Source: Planctomycetota bacterium
GTDB taxonomy: Bacteria > Planctomycetota > JAJSAM01 > JAJVHW01
Length of the DNA: 64,000 bases
Direction of reading: 5' to 3'
Assembly: GCA_024280885.1 (NCBI GenBank)
Contig: JAJRPF010000008.1
Coordinates: forward strand, 11,707 to 75,706
Position numbers and translations under genes: made by a program
The notes under the pieces: generated by a model
What the model saw: the letters and a program-made list of their open reading frames with translations, nothing else
Databases searched by the model: none
What the model was told of the DNA's origin: nothing
Shown here: in pieces, positions 28,410-38,099 of the stretch
How the letters are laid out: every line of letters starts with the position of its first letter
Numbering within the stretch: position 1 is the first letter of the stretch

Positions 28410-28793
28410 ATGACATTCGGTTTTCGTACACTCGCTCTCGCGCTCGTCGGCGGGATTCTCGTCACGGGCGGCTGTATCAGCGATGGCCTGATCGGCTCCC
28501 GAACGAAGGAGAGGATGCTCGCGACGGCGATCCCCGGCTACGAGCTGCAGGTGATCACGCTGCGCGTACGCGACAAAGCGTACGGTCGGCTCACAGTCGA
28601 GCAGGCGGTGATCGATGTCTTGCGGCGGCGCGAGGGCATCATGGACGTCAAGCGCGGCACCGGTCGCGAAGAGATCTACGTCCTCACCGAGACGTTCGTT
28701 GATCCGTATTCGCTCGCGCGCAGTGCGCCGGAACGGTTCACGGTCCGCGTGATCGACGTCATGAAGTCCGAGGGCCCCGAGGTCCCGAAGTAG
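28410..28793 (+). CDS. small lipoprotein, unknown function
   Basis: GGGAGG 7 nt upstream. MTFGFRTLALALVGGILVTGGCISDG. Divergent from 25406-28294 across a 115-bp intergenic region. Confidence 0.5.
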   Translation: MTFGFRTLALALVGGILVTGGCISDGLIGSRTKERMLATAIPGYELQVITLRVRDKAYGRLTVEQAVIDVLRRREGIMDVKRGTGREEIYVLTETFVDPYSLARSAPERFTVRVIDVMKSEGPEVPK

Positions 28794-28852
28794 GAAGCGC
28801 GGCCTCTGTCCCGGGGCGCCTCGCCGCCGGGTCCAGCCGCCGGAGGTGCACG

Positions 28853-29209
28853 ATGATCAAGGGTCTTCACGCGATGTTCTACTCGGCGGATCCGCCGGCC
28901 ACGCGCGCCTTCCTTCGCGACAAACTGGACCTGCCGTTCTGCGACGTCGGCGACGGCTGGCTGATCTTCGACCTCGCCGAGGCCGAGGTCGGCAGTCACC
29001 CGCTCATGCCGGAGCAGGGCCGCGCCAAACCCGGCCACGACATCTCGTTCTACACGGACGACATCGAGGCGACCGTCACGGCGCTGAAGGCCAAGGGCGT
29101 CGAATTCAAGGGCGCGATCGAAGATTGCGGCTTCGGTCTCGCCACCGAGATGAGCGTCCCGGGCGACCTCGTAGTCACCCTCTACGAGCCCCGCTACAAG
29201 AAGACCTGA
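28853..29209 (+). CDS. VOC / glyoxalase-bleomycin-resistance family protein
   Basis: 118 aa. GGAGG SD. Glyoxalase-like fold motifs. Confidence 0.75.
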   Translation: MIKGLHAMFYSADPPATRAFLRDKLDLPFCDVGDGWLIFDLAEAEVGSHPLMPEQGRAKPGHDISFYTDDIEATVTALKAKGVEFKGAIEDCGFGLATEMSVPGDLVVTLYEPRYKKT

Positions 29210-29216
29210 TCCTCAC

Positions 29217-29250
29217 AGACCGGGTCGGCCTTGGGGCCTTATAGCCTCAA
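29217..29250. repeat. copy of the 34-bp MITE/REP-like element, 8 bp after the stop at 29209
   Basis: Identical 34-mer. A degenerate inverted partner (ACCGGGTCTG) lies ~40 bp downstream. Confidence 0.7.
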
Positions 29251-29393
29251 ACCCGCCCCCTTTCCCGACCATACCGGGTCTGTTTTCGCGCCTTTTGGCC
29301 TCGACTTCGGCCCGATAATGCGGATCTCGGGCGGGCGCCTCTCCAAGCTGCCGATCTATCCCGCCGATGGATACCGAGGAGAGGAACTGCCCC

Positions 29394-29630
29394 ATGGACA
29401 TGCCGCTCGCGTTGGGTCTGATTGCAGCAGCACTCGTCATCGGCTACGTACTCGGCAGGCGAGCGCCTGGCGGCACGTCTCTGCCTCCGCCCGTCCCGCC
29501 CGACCCAGCGGCTCTCGCCGCGGTGGGGCCCATCCTCGCCCGAGACGGCAAGATCGCCGCGATCAAGGCGTATCGCGAGCGCACCGGGGTCGGACTGCGC
29601 GACGCGAAGCTCGCCGTCGACACGCTCTGA
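29394..29630 (+). CDS. small membrane protein with a ribosomal-L7/L12-C-terminal-like domain
   Basis: TM helix LALGLIAAALVIGYVL. C-terminus GKIAAIKAYRERTGVGLRDAKLAVDTL resembles the L7/L12 CTD. Confidence 0.5.
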   Translation: MDMPLALGLIAAALVIGYVLGRRAPGGTSLPPPVPPDPAALAAVGPILARDGKIAAIKAYRERTGVGLRDAKLAVDTL

Positions 29631-29640
29631 CGTCGCGATT

Positions 29641-29669
29641 GCGCCCGAGTCGAGCGCGCTCGCGGGCGC
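29641..29669. terminator. GC-rich hairpin between convergent stop codons (29630 and 29670): candidate bidirectional terminator
   Basis: gcgcccgagtcgagcgcgctcgcgggcgc (7-bp outer stem plus palindromic core), followed by ctatttgta. Confidence 0.5.
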
Positions 29670-30704
29670 CTATTTGTACGTCGGGACGCGCTCCCGAATG
29701 AGGCGTGAGTAGTCGCCCACACGACCCAGACCGGTCCCGACCGGGTTGAGGTGACTCTGATCCTTGTACTCATCGAACGGCAGCGTCGTCTCGAAGCCGT
29801 CGCGTGAGTAGATGAGCTCGTCCACCTTGCCCGGGAGCAGGATGCGCCAGTCCCACGGCTTGGGCGTCTCGGTGGTCGCCACCGCGTGCACGCGAATGCC
29901 CGTGGTGCAATTCGTGGAGAGCACATTGTAGAAGACCGGCTCCGTCTTCATCCGATTGATGGTCTCCACGTAGTCGAGGAAGATCGCCCGCGCGCGCTCC
30001 GGGGAGATCGTGAGGCGGTAGAGATAGACGTCCTCACCCTTTCGGTAGTCGGTGCGCAGCCGAACGATGTCGCGCTCCTCGGCGACGACGTAGATCAGCG
30101 TGAACTGACGGTAGAGCCCGCCGAACGTCGAGTAGGTCTGCCCCTCCTGCATGCGCGTCTCGATCGAGATCACGACGGGGTCGGAGTCGTCGAACTGGAA
30201 CGAGAGGAATGGGTGCGCGATCCACGGCGACCCCCAGTAGGTCAGGAACATGTCGACGCCGGTCAGCTTTGAGACATCCACGGTCCGCGTGTTCCAGTGC
30301 GCCGTGTAATCGAGCTCTGCGCGGTATTCGCAGTCTCGAATGCCGTGCAAGGTCACGCGATCGCCGTCGATCTCCCCCCATGGCTCCACGGCGACGTTCC
30401 GCTGCCAGGTGCGGTCATTCGAGGGCTCGAGCGTGAGCCACCAGCCCGTGACGATCGCGCAGAGCCCTGCCACCGCCGCCGCCTTGCGCAGCCATCCGCC
30501 CTTCACGAAGATCGCCGCCGCGAGGACCGCAACGAAGAGCGCGCCCACGAAGAGCGCGTTCGGCGCCCCGTCGGGGAGGTCGTAGTGTAGCGCTCCGGCG
30601 GCCCAGATCGTCCAGAGCCCGAGCAGGAGGCTCACGACGACTCCACCGAACGCTCGCACCAAGCGCAGGAGACAGCCTGGCTTCGCCTCTGGAGATTCAC
30701 TCAT
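29670..30704 (-). CDS. DUF4105-domain membrane-anchored protein
   Basis: N-terminal TM helices, then SNDRTWQRNVAVEPW ... HPFLSFQFDD ... VYLYRL ... FYNVLSTNCTT matches the DUF4105 (Lnb N-terminal) pattern. Confidence 0.75.
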   Translation of the reverse strand: MSESPEAKPGCLLRLVRAFGGVVVSLLLGLWTIWAAGALHYDLPDGAPNALFVGALFVAVLAAAIFVKGGWLRKAAAVAGLCAIVTGWWLTLEPSNDRTWQRNVAVEPWGEIDGDRVTLHGIRDCEYRAELDYTAHWNTRTVDVSKLTGVDMFLTYWGSPWIAHPFLSFQFDDSDPVVISIETRMQEGQTYSTFGGLYRQFTLIYVVAEERDIVRLRTDYRKGEDVYLYRLTISPERARAIFLDYVETINRMKTEPVFYNVLSTNCTTGIRVHAVATTETPKPWDWRILLPGKVDELIYSRDGFETTLPFDEYKDQSHLNPVGTGLGRVGDYSRLIRERVPTYK

Positions 30705-30772
30705 CCCCGGATCCTACGCACATCTCCTTGCGAAGCGCATTCCCGCGTGCCCGCAGCGCCGCGCATGCGAGA

Positions 30773-31126
30773 ATGGACCGCATGATCGAAGAGACGCTCC
30801 GGAAGCTCGAGGAACGCATCCAGTCGTCCAAACGTACCGGTGACGGGACGCGCACGGAACTGCTCGCACTCGTCAAGGAGCTGCGTACCGAGTTCGCGTC
30901 GGTCGCGGAGACGCACGGCGAAGAGGCTGCGGCCATCGCCCAGCGAGCACAGGAGGCCACGCGCGACGGTACGGTGCGCGTTGACGGATCGGGGTCCGGC
31001 GAGCCGACGGCCGACGGTCGCGCTGCCGACGTCGAGGACGCTCTTCTCGAGTTCGAATCCGCGCACCCCCGCATGGTGGGTATCTTCCGTTCGCTGATGC
31101 GCACGCTCGCCGACGCCGGCATCTGA
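30773..31126 (+). CDS. DUF4404-like small protein
   Basis: C-terminus LEFESAHPRMVGIFRSLMRTLADAGI matches the DUF4404 tail. Start is residue 16 of the track ORF. Confidence 0.55.
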   Translation: MDRMIEETLRKLEERIQSSKRTGDGTRTELLALVKELRTEFASVAETHGEEAAAIAQRAQEATRDGTVRVDGSGSGEPTADGRAADVEDALLEFESAHPRMVGIFRSLMRTLADAGI

Positions 31127-31194
31127 GCTTCACAATTGCCGGCGATCGGCGCCTGGTCGGCACGCGGTCTCTACGAAGTGCGAGGACCGCCGTG

Positions 31195-32127
31195 CTACTG
31201 ATCGGCGCGCGGCAGGTTGCTGTTCTCGAAGCGTCGGACGACAGGTCGCTCGACGAAGAGAGTCGTACCGTCGTCGAAGAGCGTGTCTCGTCCCCTGCCT
31301 CCGTCGAACTCGGCTGTGAAGAAGTCCGACGTGCCGGTCAGTGAGATCATGTCGCGTGCCGCGTCGGTTGAGATGCGCAACGCGTTCGCGGAGACCGCGT
31401 TGAGTCGGACATCGTCCACGCCCCCTCCGGCGCGCACGTTGACCTGGCCGGGCATTGTCACGCGATCGAGCACGAGACGATCATCGCCCTTGCCGAGCAA
31501 CAGGCGCGCGTCGTCACCGATCGCAACGTCGCGGATGTCGACCGTGTCGGCGGCCCCGCCTGTGTTCATCGTGAGGTCGTCCGTGATGGCCGTGTCGGCG
31601 ATGGTGATCGAGTCTTCGTCGCCGCCGGTGGAGACTTCGAAGTCGTCGCCGATCGTCGCGCCGGAGATGGTCAACTGATCCCGTCCCGAGCCCGTCGCGA
31701 CGCGCACCTCGTCGGAGACGCGCAGATCGAAGATTTCGATCAGATCGTCGCCGCCGCGCGAGTCGATCGTCAGCTCGCCGGGGAGCCGTAGCGCAGCACT
31801 TCCGTCCGGGTCCGCGAATACACGGATGACGTCGTCGCCACCCGTCGTCTTGATGCGCACGTCGCCGAAGACCTTCTCGAAGATCTCCGAGACTCTCCCG
31901 TTCACCGTTGTCGACTCGTCGATCGCGCGAACTGCGACTCTGCCGCCTCCGAGGGATTCCACTTCGAATTGGACAGCACCCGGGCCGGTGGAGCGAAGCC
32001 GCAGTTCGCCGGAACGGACGCGTCCGTTGATCTCGGCCGCCTGCGCCGTCGTCGTCAAGATACCCACTGCGAGGATCCCGATCACGCCGCTGAATCGGCC
32101 AAGACTGGCCCGTCGGAGCTTGTGCAT
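31195..32127 (-). CDS. secreted repeat protein (GGDD/TGG beta-helix-like repeats)
   Basis: Signal peptide. Periodic TTGGDDVIRVF / SRGGDDLIEIF / STGGDEDSITI / NTGGAADTVDI / RAGGGVDDVRL repeats. Confidence 0.6.
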   Translation of the reverse strand: MHKLRRASLGRFSGVIGILAVGILTTTAQAAEINGRVRSGELRLRSTGPGAVQFEVESLGGGRVAVRAIDESTTVNGRVSEIFEKVFGDVRIKTTGGDDVIRVFADPDGSAALRLPGELTIDSRGGDDLIEIFDLRVSDEVRVATGSGRDQLTISGATIGDDFEVSTGGDEDSITIADTAITDDLTMNTGGAADTVDIRDVAIGDDARLLLGKGDDRLVLDRVTMPGQVNVRAGGGVDDVRLNAVSANALRISTDAARDMISLTGTSDFFTAEFDGGRGRDTLFDDGTTLFVERPVVRRFENSNLPRADQ

Positions 32128-32336
32128 CTGTTTCGCGTCCTTCCCAACCGGGACTCTGCCACGGACCTCCGAAGTGAGGGCGTAGGGGCGGGAGCCTCGC
32201 AGTTGCGTATGGCGATGGGAGGAGCAAACTTTGGCCGCTACCGCGAGCCGCCCGCGTGATCGTTCCTACGTGGATTGTCGAGAACGAACCGCGCACGTCT
32301 GCGTCTGCACCCTCGTAGGGTGTTCTCGAAAGGACG

Positions 32337-32873
32337 ATGAGCATGCATCGACACACCACCAACCTGCCACGGAAACGGGGCGCCGCGCTGATGCTCGCGC
32401 TCGTTCTTTCGTCCGGACTCGCGGCTTGCGGCACCGGTGACACGGCGCATTACGTCGCGGAGGAACCGGCTGGCTCCGAGCAGTGGGTCGAGATCGAGGA
32501 TGAGCCCGCGTGGGTCACTGAAACCCCACACCACGACGGCTACGTGCGCTTCGTCGCGACGGGGAAGTCGAACCTGCGTTCGATCATCGCGACCGGCAAC
32601 CGCCCCTCCGCGACGCGCGATGCCGTTCTCTTCATCGCTTCGCGACTCACGCCGGTCGTAGGGGTCGAGCAGGCGACGCAGATCGCGAACAGCGGAGCGA
32701 ACGCGCTCCAACTCGCGCGGCGTGCGTGTCGCGAAGAGATCCTCACGACGGACCCGGTGCCCGGGAACACGCTGTGCACCGCGTGGGCGCTCTGGGAGGT
32801 CTCCATCGCGGACGTGATCGCCGACGTTCCGGAGTCCCTGCGCGAAGCGGCGCACTCCGCGCTCGCGCGATAG
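32337..32873 (+). CDS. lipoprotein, unknown function
   Basis: MLALVLSSGLAACGTGD lipobox. Confidence 0.5.
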   Translation: MSMHRHTTNLPRKRGAALMLALVLSSGLAACGTGDTAHYVAEEPAGSEQWVEIEDEPAWVTETPHHDGYVRFVATGKSNLRSIIATGNRPSATRDAVLFIASRLTPVVGVEQATQIANSGANALQLARRACREEILTTDPVPGNTLCTAWALWEVSIADVIADVPESLREAAHSALAR

Positions 32874-33071
32874 CAACGCCAGTGGGAGCGCCCGGTCGGC
32901 CCTCCAGAGCCGTCACGTGGAGGGTACCCGGGGAGGGGCGGCCCAACTGGCTCGGCTGCGGTGACGCCCTCGGTCCGCCGCTCGACGGGGACCGCGGGGC
33001 GTCGCCGGGACTCCGGAGGAGTCGAGAGGCCGCTCCGCAGTCATCGTACTCGCGGACATGAGTCGAACGAC

Positions 33072-33416
33072 TCAGTCGTCCGAAGGGCAGCCCCAACCGG
33101 CCGACGAGCCGCCGACGGTCTCAGCGATGCGCGCGAGTTCCGCTTCGCATTCCCCGATCGCCCCGTGAGTCGGCAGGACCTCGCGCCGGCAGACGACCTC
33201 CCACTGGCCCTCGCCATCGTCTGGCCCGTGGACCTCGACCTCGTAGCCGAGAGCCGCCGCCTCGCGCGCCATCTGCGTCGCGGCGCCCGGGTCCGAGATC
33301 ACGTGCGCGAAGGCCACCATACGATGCCGGTCGAGGTCGATCCCCGCCGCCTCCATGTCGCGCAACTGATCTCCGTTGCGATCGTCGGGATAGTCCGCCG
33401 TGTCGTTGTCGTGCAT
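33072..33416 (-). CDS. small acidic protein (possibly RraB-like)
   Basis: 114 aa, very acidic. VAFAHVISDPGAATQMAREAAALGYEVEV. Assignment is tentative. Confidence 0.4.
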   Translation of the reverse strand: MHDNDTADYPDDRNGDQLRDMEAAGIDLDRHRMVAFAHVISDPGAATQMAREAAALGYEVEVHGPDDGEGQWEVVCRREVLPTHGAIGECEAELARIAETVGGSSAGWGCPSDD

Positions 33417-33507
33417 GCAGCGCCTCGTCCAGTGTCGCCGACCAGTGTTGCGGATCGGCCTTGCGGGATCAGTGTCGCCGTGTAGCGCGTCGGACTACAC
33501 TTTCGTC

Positions 33508-34875
33508 ATGGCCTTGAGGGGAACCCGCATCGCGACGAGGGTCTGGCTCTGGCTCGGCTTGGCCGTGTTCGTTGCCACGCCAGCGTTCGCGCAGGACAAT
33601 CGGCCCCTGACGGACCCCTCGGTCCCCGCAGACCCGGCCGTAACGCCCGCCACCAAACGCGTCACGAGTGCCGACGGCAGCGTCTCGACCGAAGTGCCAG
33701 TCGGTTGGGAGGTCGAGGTCGTCGATGACGAGAAGTTCGTACTCACGTTGATTGTCAGTGTGCCGGAGACCGCGGCAGAGAACGAGGCACCGGCCGCTCC
33801 GGGCGCCCCGGAGGTGGAAACGGAGACGGAGGAGCCGCCGCCGCGGTTCCGCATCCGCGTTGTCGCGGACGACTCCGTGCGGCGCGCGCGACCGCAGCCG
33901 TTCGTCGAGCGCGACACCGTGGCGCAGCAATTCGATCTCGACCCGGCGCAGATCGAAGCGTCCCTCGATCCGATTCCACACCTCACGTTCGAGTGGGCAA
34001 CGCGCGGACGCGACCTGCGCGCGTACTTCGGGTATCGACGCATCGGACGGCAGGTCTTCGTCGTGACCACGGTCGAGATCGATCCGTCGGACTGGCTGGG
34101 CCTCCGCGCCGGCATCGTCGGCGTCGTGCAGTCGCTCGAGACCACACGGACCTACGATCAGCCGTGTCCCGAGGGCTACACCGAGACCGTGTTGAAGGGC
34201 GTTCACTTCCAGGTCCACCCCGACGTGCCGAAGAAGGAAGTCGCGCTGATCAAGAAGCGCTTCACGGTGCTGCGTAAGGCATTCGAGAGTGGTCTCTGGA
34301 AGCTGAGATTCACCGCCGACAGCCCACCGATCGTCCTCGTGCATTCCACGAAGGGGCTGGCTCGCGCGATCTGTGCCGCGGCGGACGACCGGCGCTTCGG
34401 GCAGCACTACGATCTCGACACGCAGCGGCTCTTCGTCGTGCCCTTCGGTAGTGAGCGGACGATGGCGTCGGCCGACTTCGCCCAGAGCGTTCAGGCGCTC
34501 TTCATCATGGAGTCGTTCGGGCGCTGCGTGCCGACTTGGATCATCCGTGGCTTGACGAAGCAGGCGGCTGCCGGTGCGTTGACGGGGAAAGCCGCGCCTG
34601 TGATCCCGGAGATGTTCGGTCCCGTTCCCTTGTCGCTACCGCCGCTCGAGCGCCAGTTGGACGGAGCCGAAGAGAGCTTCTTCTGGCTGCTCTTCTTCCG
34701 CTCCGGCCCCGTCCGGTATCGCAAGGCATTCGACGCCGTCGTCGCGGAGGCCACGCGGACGTTCGACTGGGACACCGCGGTGCGCACGCACCTGCTCTCC
34801 CTCGATCAGGAGAAGCTGCTGAAGGCCGCCAATGCGTTCGTCGCGAAGAAGGTGAAGATCGACAGCGGCGAGTGA
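33508..34875 (+). CDS. secreted hypothetical protein
   Basis: Signal peptide MALRGTRIATRVWLWLGLAVFVATPAFAQD (residue 37 of the track ORF). No recognised domain. Confidence 0.5.
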   Translation: MALRGTRIATRVWLWLGLAVFVATPAFAQDNRPLTDPSVPADPAVTPATKRVTSADGSVSTEVPVGWEVEVVDDEKFVLTLIVSVPETAAENEAPAAPGAPEVETETEEPPPRFRIRVVADDSVRRARPQPFVERDTVAQQFDLDPAQIEASLDPIPHLTFEWATRGRDLRAYFGYRRIGRQVFVVTTVEIDPSDWLGLRAGIVGVVQSLETTRTYDQPCPEGYTETVLKGVHFQVHPDVPKKEVALIKKRFTVLRKAFESGLWKLRFTADSPPIVLVHSTKGLARAICAAADDRRFGQHYDLDTQRLFVVPFGSERTMASADFAQSVQALFIMESFGRCVPTWIIRGLTKQAAAGALTGKAAPVIPEMFGPVPLSLPPLERQLDGAEESFFWLLFFRSGPVRYRKAFDAVVAEATRTFDWDTAVRTHLLSLDQEKLLKAANAFVAKKVKIDSGE

Positions 34876-34905
34876 CGCGGATGCGCGTGACGCCGCCGCG
34901 AACGT

Positions 34906-36636
34906 CTACGCTTCGAACGAGTCCCCGCGGTGCAGGCGCCGCGCGATCGAGAAGGTCTGCTCCATCGCCCGCCGCGTTGGGAATTGAGCCGCGATCCAGC
35001 GCGCAGTCGCCACCAGCGCGAGGCGCCCTTGTTCGGATTGCCCGTGACGTTCGAGCTGCCGCCACGCGATCTCGAGTTGCTGAAACGAGTGGAAGCCAGT
35101 GTCCTCGCGCAGGACGGCCTTGCCGAGCGTGCCGAGCAGCGCGCGCGGATCGCCGCCATTCTCGAGGTAGGCGCGCGCGATGGATGCGGCCTCGTCGATC
35201 GAGCTGCGGCGATCGTATGCATCCAGTAACTCAGGGAGCAGCGTGGCCGCGTCGTCCACGGCGGCGCGCGAAGCGGGGAGCGGCGCGGGTGGGAGATTGA
35301 GAAAGCGGTCGAGGTAGACCGACATCGCGCCGTCGAGGACCGCGCGGAAGAGATCGCGCGAGGGCGCGCGTCGCATGGCCTCCGCGACTGCATTCGCGTA
35401 CGTCAGCGTGTGGTGAACCGTATCCCAGTCGGTCGCTTCGTTCGACGTGCCAAAACGCAGCACGCGCAGGATGGCGGCGAGCACCACGGCGTCGGCGAGC
35501 GCGACGGGCGAGACGCCCGCGGATAAGTGCGCGACGATCGTGGCGAGCGCGCCCTCGGGGTCGTCGGCAACGAGCGTCTCGGCCAGGCCGCGCGCGTCCG
35601 GGAGCACTGTCCCGCCGGGCCGCGCGAAGGGCTCCTCGGGCACGTCGTCCCACGCGGCATCTACCAGCGCCGCCACGTCGACGGGCGAGCGCCACGCCGA
35701 CGTTTCCTCCATCCGGCGCATCTGCGCCATCTGGGGTATGAGTGACGTGAAGAGTTGCGCCTGGTCGGTTGCGTCGTCCATGCGCTCGGCCAGCTCGGCG
35801 CACTTGATTGCGTAGTCGAGCGTGTGCCCGACGTCGGCGTAGCGATGATCCGTGCACGCGGCGAGCACGGCGTCGAGTGCCGCCGTCGTGCCGTGCTCGA
35901 CCAAGAGCGTGAAGAGGACGCGCTCCGCCCCGGGTGCGTCACGCACATCGATCGTCTCGCGCAGCCACTGGCGCAGCCCCGCGCGGTCGCGCCCGGAGCC
36001 GCTGAGATCTGGCAACGGATGACGCGGCGGGCTTCCGGCGCAATCGCGGGCCACGAAGCGCACGCCGTGAACGAGCGCACGCTGCCGGTCCTCGGCGTCG
36101 AGGGCTGGCAGCACATTGACCATCGCGGTGAGCACCGAGAGCCCGGGCTGCCATCCGTCGCTGCGCTGCGTGGCGCCCCATCGTGCGGCGAGCGACATCG
36201 CGAGTTCGGGCTCGATGTCGCCCTCGTCCAACTCGATGATCGCCTTCGCCGCGACCAGCCCGAGATTGTCCATGAGCCCGCGTCCGAGTCGCTCGCTGCC
36301 GTGTTCGCGCGGATCGCGAGGGGGGCGAGTCGGATCCACGTACACCTCGTCGCCGCGCACCTCAACCCGGTACGCCGCGGCGTCATCAGCCCAGGGATCG
36401 AGAGTCGCGCCGCAGGTGATGTCGAAGCGCGCATGGTGCCAATGACACGCGAGGAGCCCATCGCGCGTGTCGCCCGTATGGAGCGGGAAGCCCATGTGCG
36501 GACAGCGGTTGTCGAGCGCGTGGAAGGCGCCGTCATGCCAGAGCACCAGTACGGGCGTGCCGCCCACCGTCACGACACGATGGCCCTTCTCGCGGATGGT
36601 CGCGGCGGGGCCTGCAAGGACGAGTTCTGCGGACAT
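34906..36636 (-). CDS. Rieske [2Fe-2S] domain fused to a ~450-aa C-terminal domain of unknown function
   Basis: CPHMGFPL...CHWHHARFD Rieske motif at the N-terminus. AGGAGG 5 nt upstream. Confidence 0.75.
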   Translation of the reverse strand: MSAELVLAGPAATIREKGHRVVTVGGTPVLVLWHDGAFHALDNRCPHMGFPLHTGDTRDGLLACHWHHARFDITCGATLDPWADDAAAYRVEVRGDEVYVDPTRPPRDPREHGSERLGRGLMDNLGLVAAKAIIELDEGDIEPELAMSLAARWGATQRSDGWQPGLSVLTAMVNVLPALDAEDRQRALVHGVRFVARDCAGSPPRHPLPDLSGSGRDRAGLRQWLRETIDVRDAPGAERVLFTLLVEHGTTAALDAVLAACTDHRYADVGHTLDYAIKCAELAERMDDATDQAQLFTSLIPQMAQMRRMEETSAWRSPVDVAALVDAAWDDVPEEPFARPGGTVLPDARGLAETLVADDPEGALATIVAHLSAGVSPVALADAVVLAAILRVLRFGTSNEATDWDTVHHTLTYANAVAEAMRRAPSRDLFRAVLDGAMSVYLDRFLNLPPAPLPASRAAVDDAATLLPELLDAYDRRSSIDEAASIARAYLENGGDPRALLGTLGKAVLREDTGFHSFQQLEIAWRQLERHGQSEQGRLALVATARWIAAQFPTRRAMEQTFSIARRLHRGDSFEA

Positions 36637-36790
36637 GGAGCCTCCTGGGCGGACCAGGATAGCGCGTACGCGGCTTCGTGCACGCCGCGACCGCGCCCGA
36701 CTGCGCCGCTCTTCGCGACGCAGCCCACGCGGATTCGTCTCGCGGGCGCGGCTCCACTACCCTGCGCGCTCTCCCACCCAGAGGACTGCG

Positions 36791-37978
36791 ATGCTGCTCA
36801 AGACGTTCCCGCCCATGGGGGTCTACGAGACCCTCTTCAAGTTCGCCGACGCGACCGCCAAGTACATGGGCGACGCGGGCACGCACCCGTGGGCGCAGGG
36901 TTTTCCACTCACGACGCAGCTTCCGGACGGACCGCCGCTGCCCACCAGCGTCGCGATCACGTCGGACGACCTCATGTACCCGAAAGCGGACGGCCAGCCA
37001 CCGTTGCGCCAGGCGATCGCCGACTACTACAACACGTTCTACGATGCGGGCATCACGGCCGACAATGTGGCCGTCTTCGCAGGCGGGCGACCCGCGATCT
37101 TTGCGATCCTCGCGTTCCTGCTGGAAGGCACGACCGTCGCCGTCGAGTCGACCGAGTACACGCCGTATTGGGATGTCCTGCGGCTGCTGAACGTGCCCCA
37201 CACCCTGATCCCGAGCAACGTCGAGAACCGTTTCCGGCCAGCAGGTTCGGACTACGACGTCGAGCCGCTCGACGGCACATCCCGCGTCATGCTGCTGAAG
37301 AGCAACCCCTGCAATCCGACGGGCGTCGCGACGACCGGCTCGGCGCTGCGGGAACTCGTCGAGAAGTTCAGCGCACCCGGCCGCGGCGCGCTCATCGACG
37401 AGGCGTACGAGTTCTATCTCGACCCGGAGCCCGAGAGCGCCCTGCGCCACATCGACGACATTGACGCGACCGACATCTTCGTCGTCGGCGCCGCGACGAA
37501 GGGCCTGCAGGTCCCCGGAATGCGCGTCGGCTGGTGCATTGCGGCGAAGCAACACATCGAGATCTTCCGCAACTACTCGTCGTTCGGAATGGGCGGGGTC
37601 TCGCGTGCGTCGCAGCTCTACGTCACGCAGCTGATGGAGCTCGAGCGTGTGCGCCAGGCCCGCGCCGCCGTCGGTGCGTTCTTCACGTCGCAGCGCAACC
37701 GCTACGCCGAGGGACTCGCCTCGCTCGGTCTTGAGCTCTTCAGCGGCAAGGGCGGGTTCTACCACTGGGCGCGCCTGCCCGAGGGCCTGACCGGCGACAG
37801 CGTGAACGAGCTCCTCTTCGCGCACGAAGCCGGCATCCTGCCGGGCCGTCTCTGCGATATGTCCCGCCCGGCTGGCGGCGGCCCGAGCAGCCTCGACAAC
37901 ATGTTCCGCTTCTCGTTCGGCCCGCTCTCCGCGGAGAGTTACAAGTCCGACATGGAGATCCTGCGCCGCGTGTTCTGA
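36791..37978 (+). CDS. PLP-dependent aminotransferase (class I/II fold)
   Basis: 395 aa from the internal ATG. The upstream 108 codons of the track ORF overlap the Rieske-gene promoter and are junk. LLKSNPCNPTG and ATKG motifs. Confidence 0.8.
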   Translation: MLLKTFPPMGVYETLFKFADATAKYMGDAGTHPWAQGFPLTTQLPDGPPLPTSVAITSDDLMYPKADGQPPLRQAIADYYNTFYDAGITADNVAVFAGGRPAIFAILAFLLEGTTVAVESTEYTPYWDVLRLLNVPHTLIPSNVENRFRPAGSDYDVEPLDGTSRVMLLKSNPCNPTGVATTGSALRELVEKFSAPGRGALIDEAYEFYLDPEPESALRHIDDIDATDIFVVGAATKGLQVPGMRVGWCIAAKQHIEIFRNYSSFGMGGVSRASQLYVTQLMELERVRQARAAVGAFFTSQRNRYAEGLASLGLELFSGKGGFYHWARLPEGLTGDSVNELLFAHEAGILPGRLCDMSRPAGGGPSSLDNMFRFSFGPLSAESYKSDMEILRRVF

Positions 37979-38004
37979 CCCGCCACACAATCCGATTCGA
38001 GCCG

Positions 38005-38038
38005 AGACCGGGTCGGCCTTGGGGCCTTATAGCCTCAA
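38005..38038. repeat. copy of the 34-bp MITE/REP-like element between convergent genes
   Basis: Identical 34-mer, 27 bp after the aminotransferase stop. Confidence 0.7.
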
Positions 38039-38099
38039 CTCGAGGACTCTCCGAGCCCTCGGGTCGGCACTCTGCGGGAAGCTCGATGGCGCGCTCGCC

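Noticed and set aside
25098-28702. ORFs 25098-26297 (-) and 26627-28702 (+) overlapping the PQQ-HExxH paralog
   Set aside because: Arg-rich antisense artefacts. The true gene aligns with its paralog.
35755-37990. 569-aa plus ORF (35755-37464) and 485-aa minus ORF (36533-37990)
   Set aside because: They overlap the Rieske and aminotransferase genes, which have clear motifs and SDs. Composition is Arg/Ala junk.
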